Notes: generated by a model from the letters alone, not told the origin. Shown: positions 12,890-29,885, counted from the stretch's first letter. The stretch: 64,000 nucleotides of DNA from Eledone cirrhosa (GCA_964016885.1 OZ024740.1:386632001-386696000), one strand, 5' to 3'. Numbers and translations are program-made.

Positions 12890-15800
12890 TACATACAGAT
12901 AGACATGCGCTGGAAGAGCCATTCCAACTCGCGAGGCTCACACCTGCGGCTAGCCAGCCCAGCGCCTATGGTGGTAAGTAGGGAGGTAGCGCTGGGGCCA
13001 AGGACACCAGAAGTTTCCACTGCTAGGGGCTCGACTGCAAACTTGTCGGAGAGCGACCGATACTTGGAGAGTTTACCCTCCTCAGCCCGAAGTGCAGCAG
13101 AACCTGGGTTAGTCACAGACTACACCAGATTGCGGCTGGAGAATGTGTTGTTGCAAGTGGCATCCCAGACAAGAGGTTTACCACCGCGGAACGAGAAGAT
13201 GGCCATACCGTCTGGCCTTTTGCCGTCTCCTCGGTTCAGTCCCACCGGCTCGAGCTGGGAGGGAAAGCCAGCAGCATCAAAACCATGCTTTATGACATCG
13301 TTAAGGGCAGCATGGCGTGGAAGGTCGCCGACACTGCAATGGCAGGAAAGCAGGTGAAGGTCGAAAGAGTCCACGGTGGATCTGAAACGACATTTGTGTG
13401 GCTCGCAGATCCGGAGGCCAAGCCCCAGGGAAACTACGATGCGCAGGCTATCATTGTCCAGCTGCATGCCAGTGGAGAAGGAGGGTAAGGCATGGAGCTA
13501 GGCAACGCTGTGGAGTTGTGAGGCCGCGTGAAAACATGCAAGGCGGTGCTGGTCGAGCTTGCGTGCTAGCCTGTCTGAGGCCGGGTTACATTGGATGGCA
13601 TCCCAAATACTCTCGAGGGACTTGACGTCAGCAGGGGAGAAGGGGGTGGTGTATACTGGGCTAACTCCAAGCCGGTGCCACATCTTACAGGCAGCCTCAT
13701 GTTCCTCGATCACAGTGTGTTCCATTGTGTTTAGGAACCTTGTTGATGAGGACGCGGCATGAGGTTACCGACGAAAGAAACACCGGTTTAGCAGTGTAGC
13801 AGTATGATTAGTCGTGGCCGCCAGTGTGGTAAAATGATGGTATCCTCGTTGGATTGTCTTGTCGACATAGACGTGAGGGAAGGTCCCTCGTCTATTTACC
13901 ATCTTTGTATTTACAATATTCCTTTCGTCAGGTCGCCAATTCCAGTAGCATGGATTATAGATGTTATTGAGACACGAGTAACATAATAATGATTTCAACA
14001 GCAGTAATTAGAGATGAAATTTATGTTTATTTTTGATGTAGCACAAACAATGTTTGTTAACTTATATGGTTGAAGTTACACATAAAAAGAGGTTACAAAA
14101 GGGAATGTGCCATTGCGCCGGAAAGCCGGCGAGGCTAGGGGTGCAACATCTCACCGTTACATTATGCGTGTTGCTGGTTCGAAGTTCCTGGTACAAGAGA
14201 AAGATTCTTCAAATCTACGCGGGAACATTTCTTCCTCAGGGCGCGTAGGGATACATTCTCTTCTACTGGCGCTGATTGGCTGAACTGAGCCAAATCACGC
14301 ACAGAGAATGTATGTGAGCCCGCGGAATGTAGGTCACTACAATATCCCCGACCAGACTTTTAGCCGAAAATCGTAAACGAAGAAGCTAAGGACCCACAAG
14401 GAAGTCGATACAGATTATTGAATCAGCAAGAACAAATGCTGAAAGAGCACATCAGTGAAAAAATAATTGAGCAGAAGGCTGCATGCAAGAAAAAAAATGA
14501 GGCGATATGGGCCGTGTTGAGCCGCTGTGTCAAATGACCAGCTGTTTTGTTGTTTATACGTGACCACCAAAGGTCTAACAAAAACGGATAAAGTCTGACA
14601 TGGGCGACGTTGCTGTTCTTGCATTAAATGTTAATGGAAAGTGTTGCACCAGTAGCTGTGGACGAAGCTATTATGGTAGTTTACCAGTGCTGGCAAGAAG
14701 ATGATGGGTAGGCGAGAAAATGTTGGCCTCCCAGATGTATTGCCGAATGTGCTAGGGAGCCAGGAAAAAATGGCTGGTTGCTTTGAAAAGAAAAAAAGCA
14801 AGTTTAATCTGTAGGTGGGTTGCCGTGCAAATTCCATAATTCGAGCGAATCCACAGAAGTGGTGGAAATGCTGACAAGTCCAGTTCTATTTGTTGCTTTC
14901 CCAGCGAGTCGGGCAAAAACAACAAGACGGAGGCCGTCATGGACGATGAATGTGCAACGAGATGCGAAACTGTTTGAGTTCAGCTGCAATTAGCATTCTC
15001 GTGTTGCAGAGCCTGTTTGAATCCAGGTGAATTAAGCTCTATGAGCTGCTAGCATGTGACGGCATCTCCACCAGGTGAAAAGGGATCTCGCAGAATATTA
15101 CGTTTGAAGAACATATACCAAGAACAACATGTTGGTGTGTGACAAAGAAATGTGTGCATATCCAGGCATGTAAAACAGTAAAGAATGTGAATGAACAAAA
15201 ACCATGAGCAAGCAAATAGCAAAAGAGCACAAAACAAGTAAATGCATTCTACAAAGAAATATGTGAATGTAACAAACTGATAATTCAAAGTGAATATAAG
15301 GGAGCAGAGAAATCAATGATCAATGATAAGTTCAAAGTTTTTCAAAGTCAAATAGTTCACACATCACCAGTGTACAGACTTTTTGACACTAGTTCTATCT
15401 GAAAACTGAAAAAGAAGTTTGTTAATGCCGTTAGGGGTTAGATGTATATTGTTTTTGAGAGTTTTCGTGGCCATTTTACCGTCCTGCCACCTTGTGTGAC
15501 ATAAGGTTGTGTTGCTTGTTGTTAAAGCAAAGTCAATGAATCTTCTGTAGAGTAGCAGTCACCAACATGGCAGCCACGTCTGACGCCATAATGGTGAGAA
15601 AACTACTGTCTCAATTTCTCGAGTCCCTGTGGTAACGAAACAGAAGGTATGGTGGTTGCGTCGGTAAAGTTACAAGCCGTTTTGAAATTTCCGATGTGTG
15701 GTGGTTTGCGTCGGTAAGGCTATGAAGCTGCCATCTCACTATTGCCTGTCGTTGGCCAGTGGTCAAACAATGTTGTCGCTGCTGCTGCTGTTGTCGTTGT

Positions 15801-16914
15801 TGATTGTAGACAGGACCTGTCGGTAGCCAATTTTGAAATTTCCTCGTGGCGAAAAGTTTTTGAAATACTGCTAATTTTTCAAAAAAAAAATTTTGAAAGG
15901 AATATATTGTATTTTCGCAAGTTGCGAAAAGGCCGGCAACGCGGCAATAAAAGTTCAACTGTATAAAAAAGGCTGCGTTAAATTCTTACGTCGGTCACCA
16001 GTGTAGCACAATGCAAGTCGTGGCCGCCAGTGTGGTAAAATGATGGTATCCTCGTTGGATTGTCTTGTCGACATAGACGTGAGGGAAGGTCCCTCGTCTA
16101 TTTACCATCTTTGTATTTACAATATTCCTTTCGTCAGGTCGCCAATTCCAGCAGCATGGATTATAGATGTTATTGAGACACGAGTAACATAATAATGATT
16201 TCAACAGCAGAAATTAGAGATGAAATGTATGTTTATTTTTGATGTAGCACAAACAATGTTTGTTAACTTATATGGTTGAAGTTACACATAAAAAGAGGTT
16301 ACAAAAGGGAATGTGCCATTGCGCCGGAAAGCCGGCGAGGCTAGGGGTGCAAAATCTCACCGTTACATTGTGCGTGTTGCTGGTTCGAAGTTCCTGGTAC
16401 AAGAGAAAGATTCTTCAAATCTACGCGGGAACATTTCTTCCTCAGGGCGCGTAGGGATACATCCTCTTCTACTGGTGCTGATTGGCTGAACTGAGCCAAA
16501 TCACGCACAGAGAATGTATGTGAGCCCGCGGAATGTAGGTCACTACACCGGCAAAGCCAGTGAGATCAGGGATCGGAGGCCAAGGCCACCATATCTAACA
16601 GATAAGGTGGCCTGTTGCCACCCAATGTCGTCAAACCTGACTTTGCATATCTCCTCAGCAGACGCTCGGATACAAGTGTCGAGGTCAGCAAGGAGAGATG
16701 CGTGACTGCAGCACGGAGCGCTACGAAGCGTATAGAGGAGCTTCGGCATGGCGAAGCAGTTCCTCAACAGGAAGAGGGCTGGGTGGGCGTCAATCATGCC
16801 CATCTCTCTGGCTACTCGGCAATCAAACAGACGTCCCCGACACGTATCAGCTTTGCGGACCCCCAAACAGACCCTACAGTGAGTACCCCATTCTCCCAAA
16901 TGCAATAACTTCAA
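12890..16914 (-). mobile_element. CRE-like (RLE) non-LTR retrotransposon fragment split by an LTR element
   Basis: 16914-16548: LFLLRNCFAMPKLLYTLRS..GGLGLRSLISLALP; resumes at 13786 with VFLSSVTSC; then RHAALND, KRPDG, LVWDATC, KLSKY, PLAVETSGVLG (RLE endonuclease). Confidence 0.8.
13787..16547 (-). mobile_element. Non-autonomous LTR retroelement (~550 bp LTRs)
   Basis: Near-identical direct repeats ~13787-14341 and 16002-16547 (TGTAG..CTACA); CCGG target-site duplication at 13783-13786 and 16548-16551; PBS-like TGGTGACCGACGT at 15988-16000; purine-rich tract next to 14342; no recognisable ORF inside. Confidence 0.88.
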
Positions 16915-18098
16915 AATTACAGCTTGGCATGCTGATAAACCTAGTTTTGATACTGCTTGTTCTGACCACTCTAAGAAAATTACTAAGCCAGAATTGTCTA
17001 CTATTCAGTCCGCACTCACCCACGTCAAATCATATAACAGATCACAATACCTTACGTCCCTCTCCACCATTTTGGGCATTTCCACAACCGTGCTATGCGG
17101 AAAAGTTGTTTAACCATTTATTTATTGATCGCATATGTACAATACAATTATACAAATGTATTCAACCGTGATCTTTTAAAGTTCAATAATGTTCCTCACA
17201 GATGTCTGTCTTAGGTGACTGCCTAGTTGGTCTTAATGCTTACGCTGATCCTAGTTGTACTGTATTACTTTGGATAATCATAATCTCTAATAACAAAGTG
17301 CCGATAGAGCATGATTATGAATAAATATGTAGCGAAGCTCTGGACTCATATCCACCCTAATGGAGTGAGGACCCAACTTAACTTTCCCATCATTAAATGG
17401 ATCAACAGTGAACAAAACTGCGAAGCACAATACCTTTGGAGTGTATCCCAGACCAACGTATTTTATCCGGCAAGTTCCAACTGAGTTTCCAGGCAAACAA
17501 AAGGAAACCGAATAAACAAGTATATGTTTGGAAGCAGGTTCAATGTAGACATAGAAAATCACTTCAACATCACTCTTCGCAACTGCTTCGAACAGCTTCA
17601 AAATCATGAGATTCCTTCCAGCATAAATGACATGTACAACTTCATGAAGGCACACAAATAAGCTAGCAAAGAATGCACTCCGTGGTGCTCTGAAATAACG
17701 ATGTATATGAGTATATTATTAAATAAACTATACGTTCATTCATATATACATCGCTATTTTAGGGCACCAATACTAATTTCTAATTTTTGCTGGGCCGGCA
17801 ACCGCTCTGTATGTTAATGAGTTTAAACAGCTCATAAACATAACTGGAATTATATAAGAATCCAGCTTCTATAACGCTCGGCAGAAGCGAAGAGGTATGT
17901 AGTCTTGATAACCACTTACAAGTGAGAAACGGTACTGCCGATTACTCCGCTTTGCTTTTGACGAGACTAAGTATGTGATGTTAGTCATTACCTTAAATTC
18001 ATAGCGAATAGCCTTCAAAATGTTTTAAATAAACATACAGTATATTATTAAATATTTGTTGGCCTTGTGCCAAAAGTAGAAACAATTATTAGCAACTT

Positions 18099-18478
18099 AA
18101 GGTGGTGAACCGGCAGAATCGTTAGAGCGTTGGGCAAAATACGCTGTGTCATTTGTTTCTACTCTTTATATTCTGAGTTCAAATCCCGCCCAGATCAATT
18201 TTGCTTTTCATCTTTCTGTCGTCGAGACCGATGTAGGTCGAACAATATATGTAAGTAAGTACTGTATATATTAAAGGTGGATTGGCAGTATCGGTAGAGC
18301 GTCGGGAAACAGGCTTCGTGTCATAGAGTTACGACCCTTTACGTTCTGAGTTCAAATCCCGCTGAGACTAACTTTGCCTTTCATCCTTACGGGGTCGATA
18401 AAATAAAGTACCAGTAACGCACTGGGGTCGATTTAGTCGATTTTCCCTTCCCTTCAAATTGCTGGCCTTGTGCCTAAT
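18099..18478 (+). mobile_element. Two tRNA-derived SINE copies (18099-18225 partial, 18275-18478)
   Basis: GGTGGATTGGCAGTATCGGTAGAGCG A-box-like head, GAGTTCAAATCCC B-box, shared core. Confidence 0.8.
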
Positions 18479-18559
18479 GTGTGTAATATGAAACTTATAA
18501 ATACAATATTTAAAATGTCATATCGATCTTTAATAATTGGAATTTATATCTAATTAAAC

Positions 18560-18790
18560 CGTAATAATAAATAAAAACAAAGAGGAACCTGCTCGCTTTG
18601 ACAGACATCTCGATCATCGCCAGGAAGGAAATTGAAAAGTACAAGTATCTCGAAATAGAAATAAGCCGGATATGGGCTTTTAAGAGTAAAATATATGTAA
18701 TTGCTAGAGTGTGATGCATAAGGATATAAAGATTTAAAAAAGTTAAATACTATAAAAAGGTTCACAGAGCTCTTCCAAGAATACCAGAAG
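18560..18790 (+). mobile_element. Very decayed RLE-LINE C-terminal fragment
   Basis: KEIEKYKYLEIEISRIW resembles the K..KY..L motif of RLE endonucleases. Confidence 0.4.
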
Positions 18791-19152
18791 TAAAAAAACG
18801 TAAAGTCGATTCTGGCAGGATTTGAATTGGGAACGTTAAAGAACTTAAACTAAAAATTGTATGAACTTTATTTATTCATTTACCGTGTATATCGGCTATT
18901 TGCGTATAACACGTACCTAAAATCTGAGAAAGAATGTTAAGTGAATATATATGTATATATATATATATATATACGCGGAAGTAAAAGTTAAGTGGAAATA
19001 TCCAACAGTAAGAGCACTCAGTCCATAGGACGATTTAGTATAAATAATTACAACAGTGACATAAACAGGTACTCAAATCATTCAGCTTGTCATGACAGGC
19101 TGAATGACTTCAGTACCTGTTTATGTCACTGTTGTAATTATATATATATATA

Positions 19153-21398
<2,246 letters not shown>

Positions 21399-21440
21399 GA
21401 TATTAAATAAATGGAAACTATATTTATAAAACCATATTTA

Positions 21441-21501
21441 TTTCATTATATATATTTCAGGGATATCATATTAAAAATATGTTATGCCTTCTTCAGACAA
21501 A
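21441..21501 (-). ncRNA. Minimal type I hammerhead ribozyme
   Basis: TTTTGT-CTGAAGA-AGGcATA..TATcCCT-GAAA-TATATA-TA-ATGAAA. Confidence 0.78.
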
Positions 21502-21884
21502 ATACAATATAAACAGTCTTATAAATAGATAGATTCGACATACCTTTCAACTTCGACTTCTATATATATATATATATATATTTCATTTTTCATTCATATA
21601 TATTTTTATTTGACTGACCCGAATTTTCTTGGTCGTGTTTTCGGCTGTGCGAATGATTGTTTAAGCATCGTCTCAGTGTGTTGGTATTAAACGTTAGTTA
21701 TAGCTCTGGTTTGTCCAAACTATTGAGCACTTTGCCACACATTTCAAAGATTGCGTTTCGTTATTTCGTAGGCGAAGTTCCGATTCTCGGTAATTTATTT
21801 GTATTTATATATATATCCAGTGAATTTCAAACCCATAAGGTATGATTTTCATGTGTATGTCTCTATTTATAAAACAAACTTTGT

Positions 21885-21947
21885 ATTTTATCTGATGAAA
21901 GCGTACCAATGTTGTCTTGGTTGCCCTTGAAATATATATAATAAAAT
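21885..21947 (+). ncRNA. Minimal type I hammerhead ribozyme
   Basis: ATTTTAT-CTGATGA-AAGcG..CcCTT-GAAA-TATATA-TA-ATAAAAT. Confidence 0.82.
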
Positions 21948-21992
21948 AAATATGGTTTTATAAATATAGTTTCCATTTATTTAATATCATTG

Positions 21993-22051
<59 letters not shown>

Positions 22052-22262
22052 GTGTGTGTGTGTGAAACGATTCGTTTGGGAAATGAGATCTTTAATATAT
22101 CTCATATAAAATAACACAGCCAATTATCCACACAATACAATAAAGTTAGCACTCCAAACGTTTAATTAGGAATATACTCCGGTATTTCCTAATGTTTGTT
22201 GAGTGAGTTGGAAATTGGTCGGAGTATCGCTAATAGCTTTCTCCGTTTATGTAGTTATATAA

Positions 22263-22430
<168 letters not shown>

Positions 22431-22616
22431 GTTATATAGTAAAGTGTATTATTGGTTGTGTCAAACGGTCCAATAAATTTTTGTTACCAATATTAAGTTC
22501 TCCACGCTTTTGTATATCTCCAATTCCATTAATGGGAACAGCTAGATGATGTAAAACGGAGTATTTGTATCAAAATAAAGATCCGAAGGCATGGTATAAA
22601 TGTCCAATCATTTTAA

Positions 22617-22691
22617 TCACGATACATGTTTCAATAAGAAATAGATCGATTGTGTAGCCATGATCGATTATCACTGATCTCGTCAGATGAA
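22617..22691 (-). ncRNA. Hammerhead-like motif, partly degenerate
   Basis: TCAT-CTGACGA-GAT..ATT-GAAA-CATGTA-TC-GTGA. Confidence 0.55.
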
Positions 22692-24061
22692 AATGAATTG
22701 TCTTCAAATCCTTGATATGAGGGAGAAAATTAACGATGTTCACTCACAGAGTCCCTCATATATATATATATATATATGCAAATACATAAAATAAATGTAG
22801 TATGCGCAATTAACACTCAGGTAAATTTTAGGCCCCGAATTTATTCGTTGATGTTATACGTCGATTAACTGGGTGTTTATATGTGTTTTAATCGCCAAAG
22901 AATTAGATGAAGAAAACTATACAATTCAGTAAAATTCTAAGAAGAAAGAAGGGGAATGAGGCTGTTGCTGGCGTTGTTATTGTTGTTGTTGGTTTGTCGA
23001 GCCATTGATCAACGATGGTCAAATAGATTTAACAAAAGAGTGACTGTCTTATCTTTTTTCCGAACACAATGTATCTAGGACTACATTATCCAATGTTTTC
23101 CTATTTCAAAGACGATAGGGTGTGATATGAGAAAGATTTAGCTGTTAATTCTATCTCCCTTCATATCCCGCAGACCTGGGAGCCGTTTATACAGCACCAC
23201 AACCCTCACATGACGACCTTCGAAACACACTATGTGCATCACACAATCCTCGGTCTCGCCCACTTTTCAAACTCCGGCCTATCTTTGCTAAAGGTTTCAC
23301 ATTTGGCAAATCTTCTCCAAATCTATCGTCTTTTACCCCATCGTGCTCACCCCCTTACATCTACAACAACTGCGAAAATACCACATGCAGTCGCTGCAAA
23401 TCAACTAGGCCACTATTATTCTTGCTATCACCCCAAACAATGCGCACCGACGCTAGCCGCTATACTAAAAAAAGCTGTTCAATCTCACACACACACTCTC
23501 TCTCTCTATTTCTCACTCTCTTACTCCCCCCAGATATTCTGATCTCTGGAATTCCTTTCCCCAAGCTTGTTTTTGTTGCAGGTGTCGGTTTACGACAGTT
23601 TAATCGGAACCATAACCGCAACAAACTAGAGCTATAAATACAACCCTTTATTCCAGATTTAAAACGAAAAAAAAAAAAAGAATAAATGAAAGAAAGAAAG
23701 GCGTAAAGATATATATATATTTTTTTTGTTTGAAATATTTAATAAAATACAAAATGAAACCAACTCTTTTTTTGAGTTGCACCACATTGGTATGTAGCAA
23801 ATTTTATTTTATTTGTAAATAGTCGAAAGACCAATTGTCCTGTCTTGTGTCCATTTGTTACTGTCCAATGTGCACTGGAGCTTGTGGTATCAATCTTAAT
23901 ACACCGAAACCACAGTCCTCCAGAGGTCGACTGATGAGAAGGGACTGCTTTGTTTTTCCTCCGTTTATCTGTTGTCTTCGCCCACCTTTTTTAAAATTAA
24001 TTTTATAAGATCTTACACTCACAGGACATTCTTTCAAATACATACATACATAGATACATAC

Positions 24062-24176
<115 letters not shown>

Positions 24177-24223
24177 AATGAATAATAACAGGTAGACATC
24201 ATAAAAAGGTAATTTATTCCGTG

Positions 24224-24334
24224 TGCTTACAAGTGTTTCCACGGTGGTACTGCAGCCTAGTTACGCTACGTGCAAATTCACAAGTACTTGCAGAACTCGA
24301 ATAGCCAATCTGTGACCACTGTTTCCTCAGAGCA
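24224..24334 (-). ncRNA. Hammerhead-like motif with long stem II, degenerate
   Basis: TGCT-CTGAGGA-AACAGTGGT..ACCACCGTG-GAAA-CACTTG-TA-AGCA. Confidence 0.55.
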
Positions 24335-24722
24335 GAATGGTAAATGTACAATGTAAATACCCTTAAGTGGGGTTGTTAGGGAAGATAGAGTAGAACAGGA
24401 AGAGAGAAAAGTAGGGAAGAGAGAGAGAGAAAGAAAGATATGCAGAGGTTGGAGAAGTAGGAGAGAGTGGCTTGTAGATATCTTAATCAAAATGTTATGG
24501 TAGGGGTTTTATTATACTGGTTACTTTTGGAGAGATGCGTTGATAGTTAAGGTCGGAATTATTTATTGCCCCAGAGGGCAGGTTCATAGATGTTGAGAGG
24601 GAGGTAGGTCAAAGGTGAGAGAGAGAGAGTGTAATGGATGTAGAGAGAGATAGGTAGAGAGGGGAGAGACAAAGTATGTGTGGTGAGTGAACTTTGGGTT
24701 TGTAGTAGTAATCTAGGAATTG

Positions 24723-24802
<80 letters not shown>

Positions 24803-24809
<7 letters not shown>

Positions 24810-25320
24810 CGTAAAATAAGAAAATTATAAAATTAACTTACTTACTAAAATATCACTTCCAACTAATTAGTTCCTGAAATGGAATAAATATACTTTCCGA
24901 AGAAAGCATAGAGAATCATTTCGTATTCAGGGAAGACTATTCTCAGCTAAGTATCCAGGCAAAGCGTGGACTGAATTCCTAGCCATTGAGAAAATCACTG
25001 CCTCTGCATCGGTGGCAAATTCAAAAAGAATCAATCACGTGACATCGAGGTCAATCAGTGGAAAGTGGTTTGCTAATAAGACAGCGGTCTGCCTGCTACC
25101 ATAGCAGCAGTTTTGGCCAATATTGCTTGACAAATAATTTGGAGATAATTATAAAGAATTAATATCTAGTAACATATATATACATACAGATGCATATCAA
25201 TGCTAGCAAATATATAGGTTTTGTGTTAGTAACTTTGTGGTTCAATGCATGGGGTTGCAGAACAATAATATGAGAGACGTAAAATAAGAAAATTATAAAA
25301 TTAACTTACTTACTAAAATA
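24803..25320 (-). repeat. pLTR-like unit with ~50 bp direct terminal repeats and a decayed HHR (24856-24935)
   Basis: TGAGAGACGTAAAATAAGAAAATTATAAAATTAACTTACTTACTAAAATA repeated at a 468 bp period; CTTCC-CTGAATA..GAACTAATTAGTT-GGAAG. Confidence 0.6.
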
Positions 25321-25370
25321 TATATATATATATATATATAATATATATATATATATAATATATATATATT

Positions 25371-25402
<32 letters not shown>

Positions 25403-25470
25403 TGTATGTATGTATGTATGTATGTATGTATGTATGTATGTATGTATGTATGTATGTATGTATGTATGTA

Positions 25471-25512
<42 letters not shown>

Positions 25513-25515
<3 letters not shown>

Positions 25516-27040
25516 CGAAGGAAATGTGGTAAAGAACCAGGTGGACCATAACGCACCAAAGTACTCAATACTTAGGGTAGTAGAGTGGGTAATAGGAACG
25601 AATAGGACCCCGACGGCTGAGCTCAAGCCGTTTCGACGGCTAATTCTGGACTAAATGAACATTTTTATCCTGGTATATGAATAGCCGAGTTTCTCAGGGG
25701 GTAATTCCATATATGGTAAAAGTGATTGTCACAAGGATTGGTCAAAAGTTTGTTGTTGAGACACATAATTCTATCATGGCAATTTGTGGAAGGAAGGGGT
25801 AGCTGAACCTGCCAGTAGAAGAAAGAGGGAGAGGGAGTGGGGAAACCAGTCGTGCGTTGATAGTGCCAACTACAGCAGGATCCTAAAGGCAGGAGGTCAA
25901 GCAAGTATACTAGGGAGGGGGAAGGGGAGGAAGTCGAAACAATAAGTAAATCAATATGGAGTAAATATGTAGAAGAATACCAAGAATGTTAAAAATATAA
26001 AAAACAATTTCTGGTTACTATTCCCTAACCACAATCATCAAGTCTCTCACTGGTACTGCTAAACTATAGAAACGTTTACTAGGTGGGACGGAATTGTAGT
26101 GGGACAATTTTATGAGTTAGTAGTAATCAACCGATTATATCTTACAGTGACAGGTCAACAAGTGGGGGGCCAAAATACTAAAGAAACTACTACGAAATAA
26201 TAATTCAGAGTCCCGAAACTAATACGAAATAATTGTTTCTACCCTAGGCAGAAGGCCAGCAATTACCCAGTGCAACTCATAAACTAATACGAAATAATAA
26301 TTCAGAATCCCGAAAATGAATACTAATACTATCTCTAAGGGTGCCGCTACGATACAAAAATTCTAGTACAAACTACATAAATGCTCGTACGATATATATG
26401 AAAAATTTGATACGGAAAATTAATTCAGAATCCCCCCACCCTCACCCCCCATCCACCCCCCAAAAATATAAATACTGATATACGAGAAACTAAAGCAGAG
26501 ATACCACTAAGAAATGTAGAAAGCACGGAAATGGGGCAGCCATCGGATAAGAAAGCAAGTATCTGGGGTCTATCACATCTGCTATAAAAAGCGGAGTCGG
26601 CCAATTCTATCATAGAATAGGGGATGGGGTGGGGGTACTGAGGCTACCAAGGACCGAGGGGCTGCCTCGGGGTGGGCGAGAAAGTGAAAAGGACCACGAC
26701 AAAGAAGGAGGACTGGGGTGGAAGGACTAGGAAGGGATGGGGGGAAGAAGGAAATATGGAGGAAACGATAAAAAGATATAAAAGAAAATCTTACGTCTAC
26801 TTTTGCAAGCAGGGGTTGCCCATTACAAAGTCGGCAAGTGGGGTGTTACAGCCCTTGTCTACCCCTCCCCCCGGGTCATTATGGGGTTTGAGGGCGAGGT
26901 AAGTCCTACGCAATCTGTGTTTGCATGCAGTTACCAGTTCGTCTTTCTTGTTTAGGAGTTGGTCCGTCGAAAACAGCATTTGTAAAGTTTCCTCCGAGCA
27001 TAAATTGCACGGACGGCGTCCTCCCGTGTAAGAGTTGGCT
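25513..27040 (-). mobile_element. Penelope-like element 3' remnant
   Basis: ANSYTGGRRPCNLCSEETLQMLFSTDQLLNKKDELVTACKHR (GIY-YIG C-terminal tail); HHR-like motif at 25607-25702 (ACCCC-CTGAGAA..GAAA-CGGCT..AGCCG-TC-GGGGT). Confidence 0.8.
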
Positions 27041-27051
27041 CTATATATATA

Positions 27052-27658
27052 TGGTGGCTGCCAACTCGTTTTCGAGTATGGCCACTACTTTATATCCACG
27101 TAGGAGAACCCCTACCGATACGCTGAACGAGTGTCACTTTTTAGTCCAGCCAGCGACTTGAAAACTCTGGTACAAACACTACACTTGTGACAATTATTGA
27201 CACATAGTGCTGGGCCCATGGTACCATGTGACGACAAGTGCAGAGAGATCTCCAGATATAAAGTAATGCCTGTGCCGTGAAGCTTTTATAGTGAGCAAAG
27301 GCACTGCACAAAGCCAGTCCCACTCTCTTAACCAAGATGATATTTACCAAAAAGAAGAACAAGTCAACATCATTGGATATCATCAGGGTTGCAGGTGTTA
27401 TATCGAGTTTTCCTTCTCCTAGAATTCTGCCTTGACAAAGGCTAAGGAGTCATCTCTCCCGGTGATTTTGGATGGCCAATGACTCTTTAGAGCTCCTTTG
27501 CCCTTTGACAGGTTTTGTTTTTAGTCCTGCAGGATGTCCAGTCACCCTCCTCACCAAGAAACCTTGGTGGGGTTGCCAGTTTAGTCGCCAACGACCCGAC
27601 CATGAGACAGGTTGTACTGGGATACATGTTACCAGTAGCACCAACTGGTGACCTGAAA
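27052..27658 (-). mobile_element. Probable solo LTR (copy of 36834-37443, inverted)
   Basis: ~607 bp, highly similar to the reverse complement of 36834-37443. Confidence 0.65.
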
Positions 27659-27770
27659 TATGAAATATGTATAATAAAATATACTTGATCACAAGAAGTT
27701 CTATTTTTGTTAATATTTTGAATTAATATATATATATATATATATATGTATATGTATATATATATATATG

Positions 27771-27871
<101 letters not shown>

Positions 27872-27886
27872 AATATATATATATAT

Positions 27887-27959
<73 letters not shown>

Positions 27960-28020
27960 ATATACACATATATATTAATTCAAAATATTAACAAAAATAG
28001 AACTTCTTGTGATCAAGTAT

Positions 28021-28085
28021 ATTTTATTATACATATTTCAGAGGTACTGAGCTAACTTCAACAGTACGTCCTCGTCAGATAAAAT
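28021..28085 (-). ncRNA. Minimal type I hammerhead ribozyme
   Basis: ATTTTAT-CTGACGA-GGAcGTACTG..CAGTACcTCT-GAAA-TATGTA-TA-ATAAAAT. Confidence 0.82.
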
Positions 28086-29609
28086 AAGATGATGCATTAC
28101 ATACCCTGACATAGTAGATAGTTAAGATCCAGTCATGGTAGTGAGTAAGGTATGACAACACTCAATATTTATAATCCTTAAGATTGAGACGTGAAAAAAC
28201 TTAAAGAAAGCTTAAAAATACATAACAGTAATTTACATAACTGTTAGAGATTCAAATAACTATTGAAGAAAGAGGAAAGAAAAAAAGAAAGACAGAGAGA
28301 AAACAGATGAGGGGAAAATATAGCTAGTAGAGGTATAGAGAGCAAAAGAGAATTGATCAAGGAAAAAGAGACAAGGAGGAATAATTATAGGGAGGGATGA
28401 ATTATATATATATCTATACATAACTATACATTTGGGCATAGCTATGCGATAGAGTAAACTCGAATCTTTGAATTATTGAATTATCTAGAAACATTCATCA
28501 ATATAAATCCTAAATATAACTGGGTGTAATTAATAAAGGTTAATTTCCTTAGTTAATTAGTTATATATACTATCCAAACGTATCCGGTTGACCGTTAACT
28601 TTCAAATCATTTAAGTTAGTGCAGAGTAATGAATTAATCAAAGTGTATAATATTTCAGGCTATAAAAGTTTATAAATATCTGTATTAATATTAAAGTATA
28701 CTATCATATTTAATTTATAAAATCATATTTTATGAATTCATATTTAAACTATTTGCAAACATGAGAAAGAAGACATGGTATTTTCATCCTCACGAAGGTA
28801 ATTCTTATTAATTTTATTATAATATATTTAATTATTTATATTATATTGAAGATAATTCGCATTATATAATTTATAAAATAATTACAGTTATAATTTAAAA
28901 AATTAAGATTAACAATTAGAATGCCTTAAAGCATCAAAAGGGCTTATAATTAAACTTAAAAAGTTTATTATTAAATTAGATATATGCATTTGTCTAAATA
29001 TAAACAAAGATTATATTGTCTAAAGATTAAGATGATACCTATCAGTTATATATAACATAATATAATAAACAAGTTACTGATAATATTTAAAAATTAAGGT
29101 TTTAGATCAATTATTATAATAAGGTCATGTAACACATATATACTATAAATATACAAGTCAAACTTCGTGAATCATCCGGATAAGAATCTGATTCAAAGTA
29201 AAAAAGTGAATTGTCTGCGATATTAAATTTTTTTATAAATTTATATAGTAATATAATGTGTCTGCAAACATGAGAAAGAGAAAGCCTCAGGATTTCATTA
29301 ACCCGAAGGTAACCCAAATTTAATTAAATTAAATTAAATAATAATCGTTATATAACTTAGAAAATTTAGAAAATATTTAGAAAATATTTAACAATTATAA
29401 CACTAGAAAGTTATTAAAGTATTTAAAGTACTTATAAATGTAACGAGAAACATGTTATTATACTAGATATACAGATTTGTTCAAATATAAATAGATTATT
29501 CCAGATATTAGTGATCAATATATATTTTTAAAATATATGGCTTATACGCTCAACAGTTATAATGTACCGTATCGATTACGGTATGGTGAACTAACTGTTG
29601 TGTAACCAC

Positions 29610-29862
<253 letters not shown>

Positions 29863-29885
29863 CACACACACACACATATATATAA

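Noticed and set aside
13765-16454. Duplicated 64-77 aa ORFs suggesting a gene duplication
   Set aside because: They lie inside the two LTRs of one element
17287-17655. 122 aa minus-strand ORF
   Set aside because: No recognisable domain; the plus strand looks more like a decayed LINE RT C-terminus (LNGSTVNKTAKH..LGV), too weak to call
23905-23945. CGAAAC..GTC..CTGATGAG suggesting a permuted HHR
   Set aside because: Could not form consistent stems I-III
28090-29590. AT-rich region with a duplicated TTACCTTCG..CATGTTTGCA motif resembling a LINE zinc finger
   Set aside because: Too degraded to assign
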